Source: Arenicellales bacterium (GTDB lineage: Bacteria; Pseudomonadota; Gammaproteobacteria; Arenicellales; JAJDZL01). Taken from it: DNA of 64,000 nt. The stretch lies in the NCBI GenBank assembly GCA_963664525.1, contig OY761535.1, positions 2,456,082-2,520,081 on the forward strand. The letters are read 5' to 3'. Every line of letters begins with the position of its first letter. Within the stretch, counting starts at the first letter, position 1. The position numbers were made by a program, and so were the translations under genes. The notes beneath the pieces were generated by a model that saw nothing but the letters and a program-made list of their open reading frames with translations, had not been told where the DNA came from and did not search any database. Below, piece after piece: positions 59,401 through 64,000 of this stretch.

Positions 59401-60574
59401 ATCGGCGACGGTAGCAGGTGGCAACGGAGTGGCGCCTCCGCTTCCAAAATCGCTGACGATTGTAGATGATGATAGGCGCGGTGTGACTATATCGGAGTCT
59501 GCGGTCACGATAGAGGAGGTGGACGATTCAGAAACACCCAACTTGATCGAGCACAAGGCCACATACACAGTAGTACTGGATAGTGAACCTACAGGCACGG
59601 TGACGGTGAACGTGGCAAGTGGCGCCTCTAAAGTGGCAACGGTGGACGAGACAAGTTTGGAGTTTACGACAGAGAACTGGAACGTTGCACGGACGGTGAC
59701 AATCACCGCTGGCGATGATGATGTCGACAATACAAGCGGTAGGCGCACGACCAGCATCACTCATTCAGTTAGTGCAACGGGTACGGACTACGCAAAAGTG
59801 ACGGCCAGTTCTGTGGCAGTAAGAGTCAACGACAACGAAACCTTACCGGTGGTAAGTTTGGTATTGGCTCCTGCGAGCATTGGTGAGAACGGTGGCTCGA
59901 CTACGGTCACAGCGACTTTGAGTGGGAAGTCGAGCAAGGATGTGAATTTAACTTTAGCAGCAGTGGCAGGCACCGGTACGGTGGCGGGAGATTTTAATTT
60001 ACAGGGCAACAAATTAACAATTGCGAAAGGTACGACAGGAAGCACTGGCGAGGTAACGATAGTCGCAGAGAATAACGATGTCGATACACCGAACAAGACG
60101 GTGACAGTTTCAGCGACAGCATCAGGTGGCAACGGGGTGGCGAATCCAGTTAACCAGACGCTGACGATCACCGATGATGATGATCGCGGGGTGACCATAT
60201 CGGAGTCTGAGGTCACGATAGAGGAAGTCGATGATACGCGTACGGATAGTGACCAGGAGCACAAGGCTACCTACACAGTAGTGTTGGACAGTGAACCAAC
60301 GACTGGTACGGTGACTGTGAATGTGGCAAGTGGCGCCACAGCCGTGGCAACAGTGGACAAGGCAAGTCTGATTTTTACAAAGGCAACATGGGATACAGCT
60401 CAAACGGTGACGATTACCGCCAAGGATGACGCAATCGACAATACAGGCAATAAGCGATCGACGAGCATTACTCATGCGGTAGATGCTACTACGGGTAGTG
60501 ACTATGAAAATCAAGGGAATTATATAGATGAGTGCCGAAGAGCTTTGGTATACTATTCCGCTTTAATTTATTGA
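50456..60574 (+). CDS. Giant repetitive surface protein/adhesin (Calx-beta/Ig-like Ca-binding modules), C-terminally truncated by an IS1595-type insertion
   Basis: RBS AGGAAGG before ATG 50456; extended signal peptide ending ALAA; N-terminal Calx-beta-like units (GTLTFEPG, ATVGDDY...LTFAP...DIIDEPNETFLVNL); 22 further modules of about 110 aa ending in DDD/DND. The last module breaks at SDYENQ and there is no anchor or autotransporter domain. Confidence 0.88.
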   Translation: MSATANSRTRRSIAADIIVGAVSRTVRCLLRSQTVRKSLAILLFVPAFFSLALPNLALAADPPVQFDRGPQAPFEGNPLVVRISRVGSTSERLVVNWETLEPLTTGAVDFATPVDDFVANNGTLTFEPGDRSSKEISIATITDTAYEPLEFIRIRLHGTHQSETFDFTNVKGTGSRLSDYGDAFIQEKDPRTVEITPKTSSDKLEFNEGNPGSLTVTLNNELPYDLKISYFADDARHRSATQMTGDGNSKMADFNVGITTDKNSILIAKGFTTGSINFSGHIINDSVAEPAEKFAMTFQTDPVLPAGSHSRYKAVQFRSDGNYSGSRAYKGFEVTIVDDDTSTKPVIYLHGSDRLQTSFSLNLNRRDDTSIPSTQVELNEGQTHTITATLAGGTVGSAVDIPLKFTGYPSSEATASDYTMSKTITIPANQTSGSAVLTINDDDKDERQKELLAIEVNGSHSNFPSSVTKGDRSRFEVIMIDNDPTDLVFKPFNRSPAEIFEKQDSQNRQLNFSVEVSRAPFSEPGGTKPFTYGQLREGNIRFDLNFGNAGKESRQARSDVDFEASPKFRNISSGGFQNFCRPVSGKPTCAFTLTAKDDNIYETDEKVKISLSHSGGTNLRVKGSNELIFTVKDDELQPKFSINDVAETEGGKLTFAVTRAGAAGNRISVKASTANSTGDNLATVGDDYSSASRELTFAPNVTSQNFEVQTNQDIIDEPNETFLVNLTEPKSKDGNPAPAVDDGKATGTINDDDDAPDALTISVDTDTETDPAESDISEDAGETTVKVTATITSATRFATEKKVNVKIGNSDDSAVEGTDYGTVADIEITIPAGEASGSMDVMLTPTNDDIDEPDKTISVEGTLADVTVTHAKLNLIDDEVKPTVTLELAADSISEAGGTTTVKGTLSGKSSEAVTLTLAAVEEAYTLSGTALTIPAGEKESSPVTITATNNHVDADNNEVSVSAMASGGNDVEDPDDQTLTITDDDVRGVTVSKATVSIKEIDDAETNDKEHQDTYTVKLNSEPSKGTVTVKVGSKHPLVATVDKASLEFTKENWSTAQMVTITAVDDDVYHADDQRTTSITHTIIASGNDYADKNLEVAPVAVTVTGNETKPVATLVLNPTSIGEKGGSTTVTATLSGKSSEAVVLKVSAAAGTGAVARDFSLSDDTELKIAAGATASTGTVTITAVDNSIDTDNKPVTVSATATGGNGVAAPADQTLTLTDDDVRGVTVSKATVSMKEIDDAETDDKEHQDTYTVKLNSEPTGTVTVNVASGTASVATVDKTSLSFTTSNWSTPQVVTVTAKDDIIDNTGDERTTNITHTVVAGTSDYGGVTASPVAVTVEDEDVAPSALEITVDADSKTGGNQTEISEGSDATTVTVTATITSATRFAMAKMVTVTVGKSGDSATEGTDYGNVANVSITILKGAVSGSKDITLTPTNDTIDEPDETISVEGTLAGVTVTHAQLTLKDDDATPTVTLELGSASIGENAQTTTVKGKLSGASSQAVTLEFSALANVYTLSGTTLTIAAGSVESTGTLTITAVDNQVDAANRVVSISATVTGGNGVEAPASKTLTITDDDVRGVTVTGSPLTVNEVDNTGTTDENEHQATYTVKLNTEPTGTVTVNVASDATSVATVNKASLEFTTANWKTTQTVTVTAKDDDRDNTGNKRTTSITHTISATGTDYADSNLTVDSVAVTVNDDEVLPVVSLSLGSSSIGEKGGSTTVTATMVGKSDKNVVLTVSAAAGTGAVAGDFTLTGTTLTIAAGSQVSTGTVTIAAVDNDVDTANKTVTVSATASGGNGVAAPEDQTLTITDDDVRGVNISEDTVTVDEADNTGTTEKNEHKATYSVVLDSQPTGTVTINVASSATSVATVDKANLSFTTSTWSKPQTVTITAKDDAIDNTGDKRTTSITHTVSASSTDYKDETAASVSVTVTDNDGLPVVSLVLTSASIGEKGGSTTVTATMNGTSSQNVALTVSAAAGTGAVAGDFTLTGSTLTIAAGTQVSTGTVTIAAVDNDVDTANKTVTVSATASGGNGVADPGDQTLTITDDDERGVTVTGSPLTIVEVDDSTSDDDEEHKDTYTVVLDTKPTTGTVTVSVASKHPLVATVDKSSLSFTTSNWNEAQTVTITAKDDAIDNTGNKRTTSITHTISASGNDYAVEGLEVDPVAVTVNDNEGTPVVSLVLTPSSIDEDGGSTTVTATMSGQSSEEVVLTVSAAASTGAVANDFDLSDDVTLTIAAGETASTGAVTITAKENSIDTANKSVTVSATATGGNGVVAPGDQTLTLTDDDVRGVTVSKATVSMKEIDDAETTNDKEHQDTYTVKLNSEPTGTVTVNVVSGAASVATVDKPSLSFTTSNWSTPQVVTVTAKDDIIDNTGNKRTTNITHTVVAGTSDYGGVTASAVAVTVDDEDVAPSALEITVDTDSTTDGNQTEISEGGSAATVTVTATITSATRFATNKTVTVTVGKAGDSATEGTDYGNVANVSITILKGAVSGSKDITLTPTNDTIDEPDETISVEGTLTGVTVTHAQLTLKDDDATPTVTLELGSASIGENAQTTTVKGKLSGASSQAVTLEFSALANVYTLSGTTLTIAAGSVESTGTLTITAVDNQVDAANRVVSISATVTGGNGVEAPASKTLTITDDDVRGVTVTGSPVTIEEVDKAGTDQKENQATYTVKLNSQPSTGTVTVNVASRATSVATVNKESLEFTKTNWRTAQTVTVTAIDDNIDNTGNKRTTNITHTVSASGTDYVDETAGSVAITVNDDDDAPNSMRITVDTDSNSSGNQNSIRENASATSVEVTVTITDSTRFAIAKTVDISVGKPGDSAVEGTDYFAVSDFSMEVPAEKVSASKNFNLRPKNDVVDEPREEISVEGELTGVTVAPAKIRLTDNDRRPKVTLELSKARINEKNGSATVKATLSGASSEDVTLTFAPLANVYTLSGTTLTIPAGSVESTGTLAVTAVDNNVDAPNNKVSLSATVAGGNGVAPPLPKSLTIVDDDRRGVTISESAVTIEEVDDSETPNLIEHKATYTVVLDSEPTGTVTVNVASGASKVATVDETSLEFTTENWNVARTVTITAGDDDVDNTSGRRTTSITHSVSATGTDYAKVTASSVAVRVNDNETLPVVSLVLAPASIGENGGSTTVTATLSGKSSKDVNLTLAAVAGTGTVAGDFNLQGNKLTIAKGTTGSTGEVTIVAENNDVDTPNKTVTVSATASGGNGVANPVNQTLTITDDDDRGVTISESEVTIEEVDDTRTDSDQEHKATYTVVLDSEPTTGTVTVNVASGATAVATVDKASLIFTKATWDTAQTVTITAKDDAIDNTGNKRSTSITHAVDATTGSDYENQGNYIDECRRALVYYSALIY
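54101..58419 (+). repeat. Near-identical ~1.1-kb internal duplication in the adhesin (54101-55209 vs 57308-58419), plus a shorter pair (~55603-55908 vs ~56311-56616)
   Basis: Long stretches are identical at DNA level at an offset of 3207-3210 nt (e.g. from 54691 vs from 57901). The second pair has an offset of 708 nt. Confidence 0.9.
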
Positions 60575-60589
60575 CATGGATAACTAATT

Positions 60590-61348
60590 ATGTTTCAAAA
60601 TGCTTGCAAGTCAATGATTCACTCAATTTTTCCAATAATTGTTTCATCTAGAACAAATCAAGGAAAAATAAATTGTAGTATCGGTGCTGGCGTGATGGTC
60701 AACAAAGATGGTTGGTTTGTAACCGCGGGCCATATATTGAAAGGAATAATTGAATTAAGTGAAAGTGTAAAAAATTATGATCCAAATCTTGGTAAAAGAA
60801 ATCGTAAGAGAATTACTAATTTTTCGCCAGTTTTTGGAGACGTAAAATTCAATCATCTGTCATTAGCAAGTGTTCATGAAGAATTGGATCTAGGAATTGG
60901 GAAAATTGAGGGTTACCATGCCCCTGTTAAAATGAATCCCGCATTTTTCCGAAACGATGAAATTGAACAGGGTGAACTTTTATGTAGGATGGGATACCCA
61001 TTTGTTGACGGTATATCAAGTCCAACTTGGTCAAAAGACACAGGGTTTTATTTTGCCAATTTATTTCCTGTCCCTATGTTTGTAAATGATGCATTAGTGA
61101 GTAGATTTTTCAAATTGGATTCTGGGTTATGGATCGAAACCAGTTCACCTGGTCTCCAAGGACAAAGCGGAGGGCCCTTAGTAGACGAAGGTGGTAAAGT
61201 GTGTGGAATTCAGGTGAACACTTGCCACTATCCCTTGAATTTCAAAGAAAAAAATGAATTTCTGAATGTTGGTAGAGCAGTTCATGTAAAATCTATATTA
61301 GATTTTCTTGACAGAAATGACATAACCTACGAGGCGGGGAGCAGATAA
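60590..61348 (+). CDS. Trypsin-like serine protease (no signal peptide)
   Basis: Catalytic triad motifs TAGH, DLGIG and GQSGGP; also MGYP. Confidence 0.85.
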   Translation: MFQNACKSMIHSIFPIIVSSRTNQGKINCSIGAGVMVNKDGWFVTAGHILKGIIELSESVKNYDPNLGKRNRKRITNFSPVFGDVKFNHLSLASVHEELDLGIGKIEGYHAPVKMNPAFFRNDEIEQGELLCRMGYPFVDGISSPTWSKDTGFYFANLFPVPMFVNDALVSRFFKLDSGLWIETSSPGLQGQSGGPLVDEGGKVCGIQVNTCHYPLNFKEKNEFLNVGRAVHVKSILDFLDRNDITYEAGSR

Positions 61349-61350
61349 TT

Positions 61351-61506
61351 ATGAACGGCATGACTTTGACATATTTCGATATTAAGGGACAAACACCATC
61401 TATATTTTTGGATGACAATTCAAAACCGAGTTGGGATGATCTTTTGTTTTCTATAACACAAAATGACATAGAAGAACAAAATGACGACAAAGAAATTGAA
61501 GAGTAA
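61351..61506 (+). CDS. Small acidic hypothetical protein (51 aa)
   Basis: Below the ORF-track cut-off. RBS GGGGAG, ATG 2 nt after the protease stop; MNGMTLTYFDIKGQTPSIFLDDNSKPSWDDLLFSITQNDIEEQNDDKEIEE. Confidence 0.45.
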   Translation: MNGMTLTYFDIKGQTPSIFLDDNSKPSWDDLLFSITQNDIEEQNDDKEIEE

Positions 61507-61535
61507 TGATGTATGTATGCAACAATTTTGCAATT

Positions 61536-61697
61536 CTAATTGGATTCTCGCTTTACCTTAACTGGTGTAACAAGTGACTCAATAGCTTGGTCGAATGAAG
61601 ATTTGACTCGCAAATCTTCATTTAGTTCAGCCTTGTTAGGCTGATAGGTATTTGGTTTAAGTCTAACCTCTGGTTGTTTTTGTTTGTCGGGTTTCAT
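61536..61697 (-). CDS. Small hypothetical protein (53 aa) with a YQPxKAEL motif
   Basis: RBS GAGGAG; MKPDKQKQPEVRLKPNTYQPNKAELNEDLRVKSSFDQAIESLVTPVKVKRESN. Resembles small ORFs I recall next to IS1595 transposases. Confidence 0.6.
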   Translation of the reverse strand: MKPDKQKQPEVRLKPNTYQPNKAELNEDLRVKSSFDQAIESLVTPVKVKRESN

Positions 61698-61720
61698 GAT
61701 CTTCTCCTCTCATAGTCAGT

Positions 61721-62203
61721 TTACTTAAGAAATTCTGTTATTACATAGTTTCTATCTTTGCATTTTTCCAACAAATTCCAATTGTTTTTTGCATTTGGTA
61801 TTTTGTTAATTGATAGTGATCCTTGTTGAATTTCCTCAATATACCATGTCGGTATGAACCAAAAATCTATATTTGTGTCTCCGTTGGTCTGTGTAGATTG
61901 AACACCAACTACAACATCTGATGTAGCTGTATTCTGCACATATTCCTTTACGCCGGATAAATACATTCGGTCAGTGCCACCTCTTGTACCACCTTTGAAG
62001 GATACTGAATTTTTTGTACCTACTGTCTTAACTTGAATCCGAATAATCTTATTTTGCTCCAACTCAACGACAATGTCGTAAGTTGAATGAGGTAAATCAA
62101 CACGAGAGGCGTTATAACCTCTTTCCAACAAAGCAGCCAATAATCTATTCTCATTGGCGAATCCTTTCGCAGATGCCAATTTCCCTTTGTCAGTTATCCG
62201 CAT
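61721..62203 (-). CDS. PD-(D/E)XK endonuclease, putative type II restriction enzyme
   Basis: GFANE...YDIVVE...IRIQVKT motif; start overlaps the methyltransferase stop. Confidence 0.75.
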   Translation of the reverse strand: MRITDKGKLASAKGFANENRLLAALLERGYNASRVDLPHSTYDIVVELEQNKIIRIQVKTVGTKNSVSFKGGTRGGTDRMYLSGVKEYVQNTATSDVVVGVQSTQTNGDTNIDFWFIPTWYIEEIQQGSLSINKIPNAKNNWNLLEKCKDRNYVITEFLK

Positions 62204-63468
62204 TTTCTCAGCACTAATACATGGTCGTCATTGATTCGTTCTGCTCTTGGCACTTTTATGAAGTGATTGATTATGCCAGATACAAAGTGCTTTTCAACTT
62301 CGTATCCTAAACGAGGGGCAATTTCTTTCAGATACTTCCAAGATTCAAATTGAACACCTCTAACTAAATTGTTTCCGATTACAACTACGTATTTCCGACC
62401 TGGCTTTAGCACTCGATTGACTTCTTTCAAATTTAGTGCCATATCATCAACATACTTTGAAGCAATGCAAGCTCTCCTGGGATCGGATTGAAATATCTTT
62501 TCTATTTCTTCATTAGCCAATAGTGATTTTGTTTTATTGATAGTCTTATATTCAGCAGCAGTTACGACTTCTGTACCAACATGTTTACTCTTCAATGGCT
62601 GCAACGAACCATTGGCAAGTCCAAGCCAATAGAGTTCTAATTGATGAGTTCTAGGGTAATCCACAGCGTTCATATACGGCGGTGATGTCACAGCAAGATC
62701 AATTGAATTTGATGAAATTCCTTTAAGGTTTCTGGCGTCAGCAATTTTAGGTATCTTAACTTTACCAGTAGGGTCAGCGTCAATTAAACCAATCATCCCG
62801 TCTACATTCGCTTGCATTCGCTTAATGAATAGCGATATCGCGTTGCCTTCATTGACTTGTTTGTTCAATTTTTTTCTGATCACTGTTCTGGTACAGTTGT
62901 TATCAGCCTCAGAAACCGACCTGATAATTGAAGAAAAACATACTAAGAAAAAATCTTTGATTCGCTGTGTGTGATTAAGCGAATGAATTGACGAGTTTAT
63001 ATAAGCCAACTCTTTGAGAATGTATGGCTTAAACCAATTGTCTCGGTAGGGGAATAAAGGAATGCCATTAACCACATTATGTGGGCAATATTCATCCATC
63101 TTCGAAATTAGAAATTCATGAGCTTGCACTAATTTCGGCTTACTCAATGGAGTAGTTTTGACCGATGAAATAAACCTTGAGAATGGGTCAACATCAACAC
63201 CTATGCTATTTCTTCCAAGCAGCGATGCTTCAAGATTAGTTGTACCGCTTCCCATGAAAGGGTCAAGTATTAATTCTCCTTTGTCAGAATACTTTTCTAT
63301 TATCCATCTTGGCAATTCGGGAAAAAACTTGGCTGGGTATTTGTGTAAGCCATGAGTAAATAACCTCTGGTCTTTACTGATAAACATAAATTTTTGATTA
63401 TCAGCAATTTTCAAATCAACAGGGATACTGCCAACAATACGAGTTTCTTGGATGTTTTCGCTCATCAT
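62194..63468 (-). CDS. DNA amino-methyltransferase (probably N4-cytosine; motif I precedes motif IV)
   Basis: THGLHKYPAKF, motif I LDPFMGSGTT, motif IV TSPPY, RVLKPG. Confidence 0.88.
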   Translation of the reverse strand: MMSENIQETRIVGSIPVDLKIADNQKFMFISKDQRLFTHGLHKYPAKFFPELPRWIIEKYSDKGELILDPFMGSGTTNLEASLLGRNSIGVDVDPFSRFISSVKTTPLSKPKLVQAHEFLISKMDEYCPHNVVNGIPLFPYRDNWFKPYILKELAYINSSIHSLNHTQRIKDFFLVCFSSIIRSVSEADNNCTRTVIRKKLNKQVNEGNAISLFIKRMQANVDGMIGLIDADPTGKVKIPKIADARNLKGISSNSIDLAVTSPPYMNAVDYPRTHQLELYWLGLANGSLQPLKSKHVGTEVVTAAEYKTINKTKSLLANEEIEKIFQSDPRRACIASKYVDDMALNLKEVNRVLKPGRKYVVVIGNNLVRGVQFESWKYLKEIAPRLGYEVEKHFVSGIINHFIKVPRAERINDDHVLVLRKCG

Positions 63469-64000
63469 CGTGCCCCTGAATCCAATCCGTTGTCTGCAAT
63501 CAGATTCTTGTATGTCAGTCGTTTCCCCTCCATCGAACGACTAATGGATTCCATTTGTCGAATGGTATCTTTAGAACGGATATTGTGTCTCCCTGAAAAC
63601 TCGTGTACATATCGTTGCAAGTGCTTTGGACTAAGTTTATGAAAAGTCCCCTTATGCGCTCGCTTCAAGGTGGCCCAATACGATTCAATACCATTTGTGT
63701 GGGCTTGTTTTCGGACGTATTCCCCAGCAGAGTGATTTACTGCTTCATGGTGAAATTCGCTGGATAGATCGTTATAGGCACTGGCGGTATCAGTATAGAC
63801 AACAGAACCCGGTTCCGCGTTATCATGGACAAAATTCTGCAAAGTTTTCTTGTCTGTGCTTTCCACTACCTTCGCAATAACTTCGTTGGTTTTTCTGTCC
63901 CTTGCTCCAACAACGGCGGTCTTGCCCACTGTGCCACGACCGGCATTCAATTTCTTTGACTTGTGCTTATTGCGTTCTTTGCCACCAAAATATGCTTCGT
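63465..64000 (-). CDS. IS1595 family (ISXO2-like) transposase; 5' end outside the window
   Basis: The frame stays open to the edge: EAYFGGKERNKH...GRGTVGKTAVVG, VYTD, VNHSAGEYV, HTNGIESYWATLKR, KHLQRYVHEF. Confidence 0.93.
   Translation of the reverse strand, partial: EAYFGGKERNKHKSKKLNAGRGTVGKTAVVGARDRKTNEVIAKVVESTDKKTLQNFVHDNAEPGSVVYTDTASAYNDLSSEFHHEAVNHSAGEYVRKQAHTNGIESYWATLKRAHKGTFHKLSPKHLQRYVHEFSGRHNIRSKDTIRQMESISRSMEGKRLTYKNLIADNGLDSGAR

Larger units (their letters stand above)
60515..64000 (-). mobile_element. IS1595-family element with passenger genes; the other end lies outside the window
   Basis: Abrupt switch to AT-rich DNA at ~60515; end sequence GGGAATTATATAG (reverse complement CTATATAATTCCC), which resembles IS1595-family termini as I recall them; IS1595 transposase at the far end. 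Confidence 0.72.

Noticed and set aside
50665-60514. Many repeated minus-strand ORFs inside the adhesin, and the repeats as a possible CRISPR array
   Set aside because: They are antisense shadows of coding repeats. The units are in-frame modules of over 300 bp, not short repeats with unique spacers, and there are no cas genes.
1-64000. tRNA, rRNA or riboswitch genes
   Set aside because: I recognised no cloverleaf, rRNA or riboswitch consensus in the intergenic regions by eye. An Infernal/Rfam scan would be needed to exclude them.

Overview
A 64-kb bacterial chromosomal segment. The core genes (rpoZ-spoT-ridA-recG-ubiA, aroE) look gammaproteobacterial. The accessory content (TRAP transporter, GcvT/MttB methylamine enzymes, giant Calx-beta-type surface protein, Uma2 nuclease, several IS) suggests a marine, possibly host-associated organism; this is inference. 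From left to right: (1) an unusual operon of a DUF6351/tannase-like hydrolase, a TM-sensor-TM protein, a sensor-HAMP-MFS transporter fusion and an exported protein cut by the window edge; (2) an alginate-lyase-like exported protein, Asp/Glu racemase, TRAP dctPQM, Tat multicopper oxidase, Uma2 nuclease, acyl-CoA ligase and aroE; (3) two GcvT-family FAD dehydrogenases divergent from a non-pyrrolysine MttB methyltransferase and a class-III aminotransferase; (4) the housekeeping block plus cytochrome b and cytochrome c'; (5) a fragmented biotin locus, bioF-[IS]-bioD-bioA facing bioB plus a ferritin-like diiron protein resembling BioE, with no bioC/bioH/bioZ/bioW/bioI in the window, and two complete IS elements whose terminal repeats and target duplications can be read directly; (6) a DMT transporter, an orphan Mo-hydroxylase large subunit and a CBS-less KdsD-like isomerase; (7) a >3,300-aa modular adhesin gene preceded by a C11 tract and cut off by an AT-rich IS1595-family element carrying a type II R-M-like pair and a trypsin-like protease. 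I saw no rRNA, tRNA or CRISPR array. The best candidates for undescribed biology are the sensor-HAMP-MFS operon, the BioE-like gene coupled to bioB, and the IS1595 cargo element. All family assignments come from motif recognition by eye; no database searches were run.
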